64,000 bases of DNA from Sphagnum compactum (Eukaryota), in contig OZ234494.1 in NCBI GenBank assembly GCA_965153455.1, positions 12,462,001-12,526,000 of the forward strand. Reading direction: 5' to 3'. This document shows positions 13,063 to 26,390 of the stretch, piece by piece. The translations under genes and the position numbers were made by a program. Within the stretch, counting starts at the first letter, position 1, and each line of letters starts with the position of its first letter. The notes under the pieces were generated by a model. That model did no database searches, had not been told where the DNA came from, and saw only the letters and a program-made list of their open reading frames with translations.

Positions 13063-14637
13063 TTTGGAAACTTCTTGAAGCCAAACTTCTGAGCAATATC
13101 AGAACAGAAAAAAGACCGAGAAAAAACAGGACAAAAAATCCATGTTCTCCTCCTCCTCCTCCTCACCACCTTGACCGTGAATCTGGTTTGCAAGAGAAGA
13201 CGCGACAGTAGTACTGAACCAAAACCAGCGTCAATCGACCTCAAATCTGTCTCAAATTCGGCGCTGTGAAAACTGATAGAGAGCTTACGATGAGACGTTT
13301 GCAAAACTTCTTTCCATCTACTGCTCCGAACAATCTGCCGACTGCTGCAAAATCACGAATTCCAACACAACACGCAAGCGCCGCGAAGCAATCGAAGCCC
13401 AAAGACGGCCAACAAAAACCCGGGCTTCCTTCGTCCCCTGTACTTTCTTCCAGACACCCGCCCCACACATCACCGGGTAACCCGACGCACATCCACGAGA
13501 CAATATATTCCGCTTTCGGTCCCGATCACTCAGTTAGTACAGCCCGAAGTTTCGCGGGGTTACCCTCCCTCGGCCACAAAGCCCCAACTACTAAAATGAC
13601 GGGTCGCCATTCGCTTGAGACTCAAGGCTGCCGTACCCGTACATGGCGTCGTATATTTCTCGTCTACGTTGATGTTACAATATACGGAATATTCAATTTG
13701 AGTGGTGGTGGTGGGTTTTGGTGGCGTATGTAGACGTATTGATGTTCGCAGTTGGTATAAAATACCAAAATACCAAAATAGCTAGTACCTTGGCAACTTC
13801 CAAATTTGACACGTGCATGTCAAATAATTAATTATTTCATGAAAAAAATTTGTCATTTCCACAAAAGTTCAAATACACTATCTCCTCAGGATTTTTTCAA
13901 TAAATTTTTCCTTCACAAAATTCTTTTGTTCTTTGGAAAATCTTTGGAAAAGGAGATTTTGATATTTTCAAATTTTTTTTTAAAATAATATAATTGGTGT
14001 TCAATCTTCCGAGGTACTATGGTATTTATTTTTCATTCTCTCTTTTATGTTTTGGGGGGGGGTGTATAGGGTCCGAGGAAAACCCCATTTGTCATTCCTG
14101 AACTTGCCCTCAACCCCAATACATGCACACCCCAGCAGATGAGTGTTTTGAGTGAAATTGTGTGTTCGTTACGATCTCTAGCCGTGCTCAGTACGAGACC
14201 CTGCAAATATGTTTCTCACAATCCAAGTTTTAGTTTTTTTTTTTGGCAATCCCACCCATAAAACTAAAATTGGGACTGCAAATAGGTGAGAGATCACTAA
14301 TAGCAAACCACCTGGACCAGTCAAACTCTTTAGCCAATCAACAACAGGTATGATTAGGCTTTGCTGTGTCTTTCACCAGCCTTAGCAAACTGTGCAAAGA
14401 GTGCTGGGCCAAAACCATTTTCTGCTGACCCTGAGAACCGGTGGAGTTGCTCTTATGTGTATTGGGTTAAAACTGTGTGACGTTACTTATGCCCAAAGAG
14501 TAGCCTTTGCCTTGCTCCCCAAGTTTAAAAAAGTTCCTTTTCTCACCACCCCCCCCCCGCCCCATGAATTTCTTTAAACGAGTGTATTGATTTTCTCACC
14601 AAATTTGGCACGATTGAATATGGCCATATTAAAAAAA

Positions 14638-14904
14638 TGTAGTGAAGGTTTGTGAAATTATTGGGCGAATGAGAGCCAAGGGTGGTACCTTGTCCTATCT
14701 AGTAGGTCACTAATGAAACAAAGGTTATGAAGGTTATGGCTTGTAACTCATGACTTGATAGGTTATGACATTTTCATCCGTGTAATGAAGGTTTATGAAA
14801 TTATTGGGCGAATGAGAGCCAAGGGTGGTACCTTGTCGTATCTAGTAGGTCACTAATGAAACAAAGGTTTTGAAGGTTATGGCTTGTAACTCATGACTTG
14901 ATAG
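14638..14904. repeat. Near-identical direct repeat, 2 x ~124 bp, period 143
   Basis: TGAAATTATTGGGCGAATGAGAGCCAAGGGTGGTACC...CATGACTTGATAG occurs at 14638-14761 and 14781-14904. Confidence 0.9.
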
Positions 14905-16533
14905 CTAATAATAGCATTGAGATTCTCATTAGGGGTGGTCATGATTTCTATTTTTTTTCCTTGAGAGATTGAGAATTTTATTTTTTGACCAATGTTGTGT
15001 GCATAATTCATTCAGTTATTAACACTTGTTTCCATCTTGGTTCTAGTTTTGAAAAAATATAAAGCTGTTGGTTTACATTTTTTGAAAAAAATTAAAAAAT
15101 CATTGGTTCTAGTATTAATTGTAATTTTTTTTAAAAAACTACAGAAATATCAAATCATTGATCATGTTGCTTTGGATACCTAATTAACTCCACTTCCATA
15201 GGTCCTCCAAATATCCAAGGGAATTTCCACCAAAGGTTGATATAGCACATGAAAGAGGTCTCAAGATAAACCAAATTAGAAGTTGACACGAGAAATGACA
15301 TCCAATAACCCGTCTAGAAGAAGATGTGGTTGTTCCTTTTATCATCTTTCATCATTTTAAGGGATAAAAATATTCCTTCATTCCCATATTAGGCCATGCG
15401 TGTAGGCAAGGACTATGCATTCACTTTCCTACACTCATACCATGGTAAAAACCCTAATCTTTCTTGGGTTACTTATAAACATTATTAATATCACATCCTT
15501 AGTTTCTTAGGAGACATTTGAGTTTTAAAAAAAAAAATTTAAATCCCCTTCTCGAACTAAATTAGGCTCTCTGAGTTCAAATCTAACATTTCCCAACTTA
15601 CCTACAAATTGTAAAGAAAAAAAACCCTATATATATATATATGTAAAAGTAAAGATCGGTGCCCATCCACAAGAAGTTCAAGGCCAATAAAAGCAAGAAA
15701 ACACAAGCCACTAAAGAACATAACAATCTAAACACCAGTAATAACACAAATCAAATAGAAGACCATAAACTAAAAATGCATCACCTATCATAAATCAACT
15801 AGCAATGACTATGCGTTAACTACAATATATGTTGAAAAGATGAGGAATGCTTTCCCATGGTGACACCACACTAAAAAATCGCAATGGCTTGTGGCAAGCA
15901 AGCTGGAGGAGGGTTATGGACACATGCTGTCAATAATAATAAAAATCAAGCATCGTGAGAATTAAAGAGGATCCCTGATGACGAGCTACACTAACGTGAA
16001 CAACACGAGTAGTCAAAAGCAAATCTAAACAAAAATGAAGATAATCATAAATTTTTGTGACAAAGGGAATGGAAATTGGCTTTTGATACGTGCTTCACAT
16101 ATGGGTAAGCAAATCAAGTAAACTTCCAATAGGCTCCTCCATTGGTTGTTGTTTCGGGGAGGGAGGTGGGGAAGTACATTATGCCGGTTGTACACTCTTC
16201 ACACAATAATTTGGAGATTGTAGGGTGGTGATTGATTGTAGGCCCACATCAGATGTTGTCTTTTTTCAAAATTGGAGCTCAAAATTCAAAGTTCAAACCA
16301 GTCAGTGTGTTGTGGGCCTACAATCAAAAGTTCAATAGAACTAATTCATGGAACTAGTCAACCCCCAACAACACTTGAAACTCTCAATCTTACCAACCAG
16401 AAAAAAGAAAAAAGAGAAAAAAGAAAACCCTAAATTTTGACACTACTAGCATCCAATGTGGTCGAGCAAGGCAAATGGGTTTTTTTTATGACCCCTTCCA
16501 ACCATTGAGGAAGGCAACAACATCTAGACTCAA

Positions 16534-16535
<2 letters not shown>

Positions 16536-16585
<50 letters not shown>

Positions 16586-16604
16586 TGTGTGTGTGTGTGT
16601 GTGT
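16536..16604. repeat. Compound microsatellite (GA)n(GT)n
   Basis: Directly visible. Confidence 0.95.
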
Positions 16605-18059
16605 CGGTGGCAAAGCTTCAAACAAGTTTGTATGGCTTGGACCTTGGGCTTGAACCTTGGTTCAGAGCATAATGCCCAGCCTTCCCTTAAAACTTTTGAA
16701 GCTGGAAAATGGGGTTGGTATTGAACTATTTGTGCGAAGAAATGGCACATAGGTATACGACCACTCACTCACTCACTCGCACACTTGGTAATTGACTCTT
16801 TGTCAAGATGGGTAGTGGGAAAGGGCATGTTTTCCTCATGAGGGTGGTACTCAGAAAATCAAGTATTTCACTTATGATGAGAGGAGCATATGGATTATGA
16901 AGACTTCAACAAAAATATTCTTTTCAGTGTGGGTATTGTTGAAGTCTTGTAATGGAGCCACCCATTATGGTGTCCTATTGCTCCCACTAAATTATTAGGG
17001 TTGGAGTTGCCAAATGTCCAATGGATTCCACAACATGTGTGACTCCCTTTCCCTTTTCCTTTGTCAAAAAGTTCAAGGTACTTCCATAGCTTTCAAAGAG
17101 GACTTTTGACATGGCCACTTGGAACAATTATGAACCTCAAATGTGTCAGCTCCATTGACCAAGTAGGTGTACCATCACTAGTAACTAGATTTACCTTATA
17201 AATAGTGTTTGGGTGTTATATCCAGTTGTTCTACATCCAGTTGTTGTTCTACATATCCACAGGAGAGGTAGAATGGTAATATGAATATTTCACATCTTAA
17301 GCTTCACATTTCCAAAAATTGGGAAATAGTAGCCTCAACCAACAATTATATGATATTTCATAATTGAGGATTCCAAGCAACAAACCCTAAAGATTAACAT
17401 ATAGAAATACCTTTATACATGCATTGAATCAGCACATACTCTAGTGGCATGCATGGACTGGAGCTTTTTGCCAACCCATCCCATAGAGGCCTAGTTGAAG
17501 CAAGAATCTTGCCTTTCCAACCCAATGCCATTGGTATCTAACTCAATTTTTTGAGGCTCAAAATGGGCCTGCAAATCCTGACTTCACAATGCCAACATTG
17601 TTGTCATGTTCGTGACTAGACAATGAAAGAGGCTTGTTCACCAATGATGTATAATATGGAACACCGCCCTTTCCACTTAGGAATCTGTCATGTATTGTGG
17701 CCCATTCCACCGAGGAATCTGTAATGTATTATGGCCCATTCCACCTCCAATTATGCTGTCACTCTCCCACTCCCCCCACATCGCGCTTCCATAAGGAACA
17801 CACAAGTAAGAACACACAAGTAAAGGACTTCCTTCCACCAGGAACACAACAGACGCAATTCTACCTCGCTTACTGAAGAACGAGTTGGGGAACTTGCTGA
17901 AGGAAATAAGCCGGAAATGCAGGCCCCTAAAAGCTCCACGGAAATCGCAAAACCACACAAAAGGAAAGAAGCTTGCTCAAAGGAAATAAGCTGGAAATGC
18001 TGCCCCAAATAATCCCCACGGACATTGCAGAACACGAACACACACACACACACACACAA

Positions 18060-18153
18060 AACCTTGCTGGAAGGAAACAAGCTGGAACCTTACTGAAGGA
18101 AACGTGCTGGAACCTCGCTGAAGGAAACGGGCTGAAACCTTGCTGAAGGAAAA
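18060..18153. repeat. Degenerate ~25-bp tandem repeat (GCTGGAACCTTGCTGAAGGAAAC-like), about 4 units, with related units near 17893 and 17972
   Basis: The TTGCTGAAGGAAA core recurs at ~25-bp spacing. Confidence 0.75.
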
Positions 18154-18519
18154 AAAATGCACGAACAAAATGCAGACCCGAAAATCCCTCCGCAAATTGC
18201 AGTCGGAGAACCTGCACACACAACAAAAAAATCCTTCCCCAGAAAACGAGACAAGAACAGAATGCAAGGCAGGAAACAAGCTCGAATTGCCAGAAAAGCC
18301 ATTGCCTGGAAATCTCCGCGCAACTCCTCGCTCTGAAAACGTGCTCTCTCCCGCCAATGCAAAAAAAAAAAATTTACAGAATCTGAAACTCTGTTGATCC
18401 CCGGATGGAAAATCCAAATTTTCATCTTGATTTTTTTTCCTTTTATAAAACCCCCATCCTACATTTTTCCCATTCACACCTAAACAGTTGGGTGAACCAG
18501 CACAATGTTTAGATTGGTA

Positions 18520-18781
18520 CCATGGTTAAAACTAAAAAACCTCAAATTTTCTTAGGTGCATATCTAACCATGGTAAATAGCTTGTCATATGGCAAAACCC
18601 AGGTCCTTAGTCCAAATTTGACATTGAAACATGGCCACTAAAAGGCCTTACCGTGATTAAAACAAAAAACCTCAAATTTTCTTAGGTGCATATCTAACCA
18701 TGGTAAATAGCTTGTCATATGGCAAAATCCAGGTCCTTAGTCCAAATTTGACGTTCAAATATGGCCACTAAAAGGCCTTAC
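18520..18781. repeat. Tandem duplication, 2 x ~130 bp
   Basis: AAAAAACCTCAAATTTTCTTAGGTGCATATCTAACCATGG...GGCCACTAAAAGGCCTTAC is present twice head-to-tail. Confidence 0.9.
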
Positions 18782-20252
18782 TCACCTAGGTTACCAGTGT
18801 AGGTGCTGGTTCGCCCTAGCCAGGTAGTTAGTTGGGTGAACGAGCACCCACGTTGGTTGGTTGGTTGGTTGGTACGTACCATGGTAAAAATCCCAAAATA
18901 CATTTAAGTTATTTCTAAAGACTACAAAATCCCATGCTAAGACTCAATCCGGGTTTTGGGGTTCAAAGATAACATTTTTTAGGGCTTAATATTATATTGT
19001 CATTGAGAGGCTTCGCTCAAGAAGGTAAAGGTACCAATTAAGTGTCCGGCCAAATTGACCCTTTTGGCACCACCGTAGGACCCTTTTATGGATAACTTTA
19101 ATATACGGTAATGCGAGTTTGGTGGCAAAGGACGGTGCCAACTCTCAAGTAAGCAGTTGTATTGGTATGAGACCTATATAAGAGGTCAAAAATTGGCACG
19201 CACACTTACCTCGAGAAGAAAGGGGTTGAGTAGAATTGCATGACCCACCCATAATCTCTCCTAATTTAACCAAAACAAACTTACCACAATACCCAAATAA
19301 AAGCCCATTCACACTTGGAGTTAACTCATCATTACTTGTTTGCAACGTATTTTTAAGGCATTGTTAAGTGAAATGTTTGCAAACATTGCACTTTCAAGAA
19401 TCATAGATTTTCAATGAAAACATTGATATTCCATAAAATCACCAAAACTAAGCCAAAGAAGTTAATGCTAAGTTACAAGAAGATGTTTGTTCCACCCATT
19501 TATCCTCTTGTCCCATGATTGTGTGAGCACAAACATGTAGTAACAGACTTCCTCGCAACAATTTTAGATGGAACATGTTTCAAAGACACAAGAAATGCTT
19601 CACATTGTGTGTTTGCTACAATTTGAGGGAAAAAAAATGAGAGAGATGAGAATTTCTAAATTATTCTTAAAAACATTTATGCTTAGAGGGTTGTTGCAAG
19701 CTCCATGAACAATCTTGAAAGCAAGATATGAGAGATATGAGGATTGCTAATCTGTTTTGTAAATTTTCTACACCTAGAGGGCCACAATGAGCTCCATGGA
19801 AAGTCATTTGCACAATTGTAGCAATAGCCATGTTCAAAAAAAAAGATATGAGAACTGTTAAAGTATTCTAAATTTTTCTATGCCTAAAGGGCCACATCAA
19901 ACTTCATGGACAATTGCAAAGGTAGCCATGAACAATCATTCACACAATTGTAGGAGGTGCAACCCACAATCGCAAAAATAAAACACTCATAATAGTCACA
20001 AGAACAATAAGAGCAATGGACATAGATACTACATAAGCAATGGCATTCTTCAACACCATCACATCTGAGTTTAACAACACTACTAACTGTCAAAAATGTA
20101 AGCATTCTCACTTTACAAAAACTTACAACTCAAACAAAAACCACCCTAGTATGTTAATAAGATCCAATAACTGAAGATTACATGGTGCACTTCAACAAAT
20201 CCATTGACATTGTTTAGGGAACATCGCTGGTGCCCCATCAAGCAAGAAGAAG

Positions 20253-20670
20253 GGACCATCTCTCCAAATAGACTCTTGCAGAGTATGCAAAAACCTGATG
20301 GACTAGTATGGCGATTGAAAAGTCTTCAACTACTTGAAATTGGAGGGGAAAAGTAGACAACCCATCTCTTTTCAAGCTTTCAACCTTGAACCTCGAACCA
20401 GCCAATTTTCAAGTATTGAGAGCACAGCTACAATTTGGTGAGATCCAGATGATTCTTGACATCGCAGAAATACCACTTTTGCAGCCAAATTGTAGCAGTG
20501 CTCTCAATACTTGAAAATTGGCTGGTTTGAAGTTCAAGGTTGAAAAGCTTGAAAAGAGATGGGTTGTCTACTTTTTCCCCCAAATTCCAAGTAGCTGAAG
20601 ACTTTTTAATCATCATACTTGTCCATCAGTTTTTCGCATACTTTGCAAGAGTCCATTTGAGAGATGGTCC
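20253..20670. repeat. Long inverted repeat (foldback): arms 20253-20438 and 20485-20670, 46-nt spacer
   Basis: The reverse complement of the right arm aligns along the whole left arm, about 90% identical by eye (e.g. AAAGTAGACAACCCATCTCTTTTCAAGCTTT and CCAGCCAATTTTCAAGTATTGAGAGCAC). Confidence 0.95.
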
Positions 20671-22904
20671 AGTTCAGACTGAAGAGGGAAAAGACACAAT
20701 GCACCAAGATTTTTGCTTTTGCAAGCTGAAAACTTTTGAAAAAAGTGGGATCTGTAATCTTATAAGTAACCCAAAAATGATTTGAATATGACACAATTGA
20801 ACAAAAGATTGAAAATGGAATTTTTATTCCCCAACAAAGCTTTGAAGTTCAAGTATCATGTTTAATTTGTAACTTCAAAAAATTCCATGGGTGTGCTTTG
20901 TGTGACGGTTTAAGAACCAACATTGGTGTCTTCCTTTGGTATGTCATATGGATCTGAAATGGAGATTGGGTTCAGATTTGAGATATGCATCACTGATGTA
21001 GTCCTACACAGGACTCCGAAGAGTTGATAGAGAGAAGACACTTATATTTTTAAAAAAGAAACTGACCTCACTTAAACTGCACTTTTCACTGCCATTGATT
21101 AGCATATTTGTACAGACAAGATTTCCTAAAGACAAAACCATTAACACATGTAAGATCCTGAAATACTGTATCATATCCCTTGGAAACAGAGACCCAAAGT
21201 AAAACTCATTTGGCTCAGTTCAGTTCAGATATTGGGTTCAACTCCAATTTTCTCACCCACATCTTAATTTCAACACATTTCTTCTCGAGCTTTCAAGGAA
21301 GAGCCATCAAATCACTGATGCACATACACAGAAGAGTTTTGAACAAGTCTATTCCAAACCAAGAGTGTGTAACATAGCGTGACTATGACTTATACCCAGT
21401 TTAGTTACAGCACAAGCAGTGAGTTGGAATGAGGTGAAAGGCAGTAGAATGGTTACAACCTTCATGAAAGTCTGACACCAGTATTGCAACCACCTGAATA
21501 TAGCCCATTCCTTGAATTCACCTTCAAAGATTTCTTTGCTGCTGACACCAGTATTGCAATTGCCTGAATAGGTCCAATTTCTTTGATGCACCTTCAAGAT
21601 TTCCTTGCTGCAACTCTTCGGACACAGCTTACAGCAGGGTAGCTTTCATTATAGGCTCAGCTTCCAGAGCTGCAAAAATGGCAATACAGATGCTTGCAAC
21701 AAAGGCCCCCAATACCCCTCACAGACAACAACAACAATTCAACACATTTATCCATGCCTTCCTGTATTGAGATTCTGCCTGCATCTGATTGGTGCTCTAC
21801 AGAGATATCCTGCACTAAGCTTTAAGTTCAATCTAGGGTCTAGAGGAGGGAGATCTTCCATGTTGCCTTCAAAGTCCTGACTCCTAAACATGAAAATTCT
21901 CTTCCCACTGTTTAATCTACCATCCGCAGTTTCAAAGAGTCTGGAAGCTAACCTGCTCGACAGTGAGAGAAACAATGTCATCATCAACAACAAGAAGCTA
22001 CAACAGAACTTCCTTGTCATGAAAGCATTGACAGACCCTACAGGTCAACAAGAGTGACCTTGCACAACAATCCTGCAACATTGAGCTTTCCACTGACTTA
22101 ATAATAATAAGGATGACACAAACTCTGGACTCTGCATCAAGAGTTGCCACAAGTTCTAGGCATGTACAAAGAAGAGATGCTTAAAACCCTCTTCAGAAAA
22201 ATGTTCCAGTGACAAGATCAAATGTAACTCATTCAGGTATTGCCCATTCCACAATCACAAAGCACAAGCAGGTTGACTGAGACCAGTGATGCTTCTGCAT
22301 TCAATCAACACATCAGGCAGCTCCACAAATCAATTCTGCAAGGAGGGGAAAAAATAATCCAAAACATGCTTGCATTCAGAACCCTAACCAACAGTGATCA
22401 CAGAATACTGCAGAAAGTTAGGTTTTTTGGAAAAACCAACAGACTTGAAAACTCTTGGAAACACTTTGATCAAAGTAGGAAAAGACAGACTTCACTGAAC
22501 TTGAAACTCACAATAAGAAAATTTTATTCCAAGAAATGTGTGCAGAGGATGAAAAGGATTGCAGAAGATTGACCCTCACTCCCTTCTGCCATGCAACAAT
22601 CCCCCACAGTCCATAACCCTAACATACTTCTATTACCTTCAGAATCTCAATTTAGGGTGAGAAAAACAAAAAGAATGTTGTGCTTGATCCACCTTGTGAA
22701 TGACACAACCCCCTCTTTCCCCATGCCCCTGTGGATTCTGTCTGCTCCCCGAGTGTATTCTACCATGTGCCTGTACCTAGGGTTTCTGGTTTTTTAGGGT
22801 TCCTTGCTTTTCTTCACAGATGCAGTGCAATCTTCTGCTATCTCAAGCAGGGCATGGAAGTTCAAATTATTGGATTTCGAGTTGTTGCCGATCCTCTCCC
22901 GTTG

Positions 22905-23522
22905 TCACCTTCGCTCAGTGGTTATTCCCACGGCCACACTGCTGACCAACTTGCCGTTCTCATCCAAGGTCATAGGATTCTCCACTACGACTGTCTGTGT
23001 ATGAGACTGCTCAGAAGCTGCAGGCACTGGGGGAGGAAGAGAAGGAGGAGGATACTGCGATGGTGGTGGTGCTGGTGTTGCTGAATGCCTCTGTTGCTGC
23101 TGCTGGGGCGGCAACGGCAATCGCATATTAGGCATGGCAATGGAGGTCACATACTGACAAAGAGCACACTTGACTGAGTGAGCCCCATATGCGTACATGA
23201 GCATGGTACCACAACCCCCACAATTGATATGCGCCATAGGAGGAGGAGGCGTCGGCGTCTCCATAGCCAGATTCACCGTGTGACAACAGGAGCATTGCAC
23301 GCTAGTGGCACCTCGCATGTACATCAACAAAGTCCGACATCCGCCACAAACCAACTGCGCCATCGTCTCTGTGCCATGAGGAGGCACGGCAGTCACCGAG
23401 CTGCACAACGCACATCGCACATTACTGGCTCCAGATGGATACACCAACAAAGTGTGACAACCGCCACATATCAGCTGTCCCTGCTGCTGCGTTCCTTGCA
23501 TCGGTTGTTGCTGATACGGCAT
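22905..23522 (-). CDS. LSD1: LSD1/LOL1-family zinc-finger protein (3 zf-LSD1 domains), single coding exon, 205 aa
   Basis: Three CxxCxxxLxYxxGAxxVxCxxC repeats plus the C-terminal [26 protein letters not shown] motif typical of LSD1. First ATG (MPYQQQ) at 23522. Confidence 0.93.
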   Translation of the reverse strand: MPYQQQPMQGTQQQGQLICGGCHTLLVYPSGASNVRCALCSSVTAVPPHGTETMAQLVCGGCRTLLMYMRGATSVQCSCCHTVNLAMETPTPPPPMAHINCGGCGTMLMYAYGAHSVKCALCQYVTSIAMPNMRLPLPPQQQQQRHSATPAPPPSQYPPPSLPPPVPAASEQSHTQTVVVENPMTLDENGKLVSSVAVGITTERR

Positions 23523-24275
23523 CACCACCAAAACAACGAAAGTCCCCAAATCTCCTTACTTGCCTTTTCCCAGGCTCTCAATCTCAGAACAATCTCAAGA
23601 CCTCTCCCTCTCCCTCTCCCCCTCCCGCTCCACCAACAGCGTTTTTTTTTCCCCCCCTTTCTTTCTCTCTCTTCCGCTAAGATACCTCCACAGGTCTACT
23701 GCTCAATAAACCCCTTCATATCCTACAATCCAACAACAACCCACTGGAGCTCACTCTCTCTCCACACAGATGCCACACTCCGCCGCGCCAAATTCGATGC
23801 GAGAAGGGCAGAGAATTGCGCTGCAATCGAAGCTCCTCCGTCGGCATCCGTCTTCTTCGTTCGCAGTTGCGGAAGCACGCACGCAGAAGCAACACTCGTT
23901 GTTTCTAGTTTCTACATGGCACTACCCAAACCCCTCTCTCCTTCCCCGCCCCCCCCAAGAAAAAAGGGGCCTTAAAAAGGCCCTAAAACCCCAACCTAAA
24001 ACATTTTAGGTACAATTTTCTAGTGACAATGGTTACAAGTGGTTTAGGGGGATGATTATAAAATCCTATATTATTATTTCTTCCTATTTTTCAAAATAGA
24101 TTTTAGTTTAGAATCTACTCTCAATGGAATGGAAAGGTGTTTTTTTTTAATATGTGACTTTTTTATCAATTTTTTTTTCAACCATAGTCACAAAATGACA
24201 AAAACGATGAGTAATTTTTAAAAAAAATCAATTGGCATTTCTTTTCAATTCAATACAATTCAATTCAATTCAATA

Positions 24276-24475
24276 TGAATCCAATGGAATTTGAATTGCA
24301 TTTAGTTGAGTTGGAATCCAATTCAATGTATTTGAATTCAATGCAATTGAATTTGAAAAAAATCAATTCAATTAAATGTGAATCCAATGGAATTTGAATT
24401 GCATTTAGTTGAGTTGGAATCCAATTCAATGTATTTTAATTCAATGCAATTGAATTTGAAAAAAATCAATTCAAG
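24276..24475. repeat. Tandem repeat, 2 x ~100 bp, AATTC/GAATT-rich
   Basis: TGAATCCAATGGAATTTGAATTGCATTTAGTTGAGTTGGAATCC... occurs twice, period ~103. Confidence 0.85.
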
Positions 24476-25019
24476 TTGCATGCCAATGTCATTCAATATT
24501 TTCATTCAAATGGAACTTAATTTCCAAATTTTAAAAATCATATTATTATCTCACTAGTAATGCATAGCAATATGAAAGCCTAAGTTTATACCGTAAACCA
24601 TCCTCAAGAATATCTAGTGTATTCAAAGGGCACATTACCAAGCGGAACTTTTCCTCTTCCTCTTCTTTTTTCCCTCCATGGACTACTTAATTGGTGAGAG
24701 CAGCCCAATTACCGGAAAACAACGAGCCAAGGGAGTTGTTGCAAGGACTCAACCCCTTTGAGGCCATTCCCAAGAATGAAAAGCCCTTAGCTCCACCCTT
24801 TGGTGGGTGCTTTTTTTTGGGAATGCTCCACTCAGAGGACCTTACTCTCTACTCATAAGGTACCTTGCAAACAAATGTGCCCACCACTCCCTTCTCCCTC
24901 TCCTCAGACACCCCTTACACCTCTCAACTTGACACCTTAAAGAGGTGCCATATCTGCAAGGCAAAGGTGTTTGCAAAGGGTGTTTCTTGTTGTTCCTTTG
25001 AGTTGTAAGTGGATTTAAA

Positions 25020-25235
25020 GGTGCATTCTCACACTTGGTGTTAGGGACTTTAGGGTTGAGTCCCCCCTAACACCATGCTAGCCATTTAGGATGTAAACCT
25101 AGTTGCCATGAAAAATTATATGTTAAGCTAACATTCACTTAGCATTGAGCTATGGCCCAGTTAACATTGGGTGTCACCTAGGATGCCACCTAGATTTTCA
25201 TTTAACGCTGACTTAACATCAAGTGTGAATGCGCC
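25020..25235. mobile_element. MITE-like element with ~25-bp imperfect TIRs
   Basis: Left GGTGCATTCTCACACTTGGTGTTAG; right reverse complement GGCGCATTCACACTTGATGTTAAG. Confidence 0.55.
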
Positions 25236-26189
25236 AGTAGGGTGATAAATACCATACAAGCTTGAAAATTGTGCTAAGTTTTTCATAGGTTTCTTTCAAA
25301 TTTTTTCTTTATTGTTTCGTTGTTTCTTATGTGTTTGGATGTCAAAAGGCATTGATGATGTTTTTGTGCAATGGCTGTCAATTTTCTCTTCAATAATTGA
25401 GAGTCAAAACACATCACTATTGAGTTGTTTGAAGTATACAAGTGTCGCCATGTGATTTTTTTGGACATGGCATGCACATATTTTTCAGAAATTTTGGCAA
25501 TTCCAAAAATAACAATTAGTGTCTATCATACTCACAATTTTGGAAGGTATTTGTGCAATCTAAATGACAATTCAAGCATGGAGAATGCTATTGATAAAAA
25601 ATGTGCGAGAGAAATTGCAAGACACAAATTAAAATCAAGATTAAAAAAATGTAAGTTGTGCACAAGGTGATGGAAATTTTGTTACATGGTTGAGTGTGGA
25701 GACATAGGGTAACTTTTTGAACTTTGAGAGACAAACCCTTAAAACAATTTTGTGCACATTTTTTTGCAAACAACTATAAAGTTTCTTTTCTAGTTTAGTA
25801 ATATGTAAAATTCCCAAAGCAAGAAGTTGTACCCATAAAACACATAAAGTTCTTGGTAGGAGACTTTGTTGGATAAACATTAAGAAGTCATAGTGCTAAA
25901 GCACATGATGCAAAATTCCTCCTTTCAACTAACTCTACAAGATTTATACTAGAAGTTTGCATGGATAGCTAGTTAATTCAAGTGTTCAATAAGAAACAAT
26001 GTGCAACACCAATGTTGCCTTTGGAGTTGGGGTATTGGAGATGGAAACTAGCTTGAACAAGTAATTTTCTTGTATCCTTCATGTTTTTATAAAATCAGTG
26101 AATCAATTTGCTTTCTTATTTCAACACATAGAACACTAACTTATTTGGGCTTTATGTCTAAATGCAAGTTCATCATGAATTGCCTTGCT

Positions 26190-26390
26190 TTTAGACCCTT
26201 GATGTGCCTTTGGAAAAAACCAAATCTTCTTTGGTATGGTGGTCAAAGCATGAAGGGCAATTTTCAACTATTGTCTATCTTGCAAGAGCAACTAGGTATA
26301 TTCAATAATCATATAGAGACAAAAATAATGTTTTCTATTGCAAGGATCCTCGCTAGTCTTGGCTAATGTTGCCTTGGTGCAATGAACTTG
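26190..26390 (+). mobile_element. Degenerate hAT transposase fragment (C-terminal dimerization domain); the relic may extend upstream toward ~25300
   Basis: Frameshifted translation ...QLGIFNNHIETKIMFSIARILASL resembles the hAT dimerization consensus (L.IP.S....ER.FS.AG). Stops and frameshifts are present. Confidence 0.55.

Noticed and set aside
13266-13733. 155-aa plus-strand ORF
   Set aside because: Low-complexity translation of GC-rich promoter or 5'UTR sequence of the minus-strand gene, with no domain.
17890-18153. TTGCTGAAGGAAA repeats as miR319/159 target-mimic sites
   Set aside because: Resemblance to UUGGACUGAAGGGAGC needs a 2-nt gap in the seed and lacks 3' pairing, so it is too weak.
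23178-23975. 265-aa plus-strand ORF
   Set aside because: Antisense shadow of the GC-rich LSD1 CDS and leader, with no recognisable domain.
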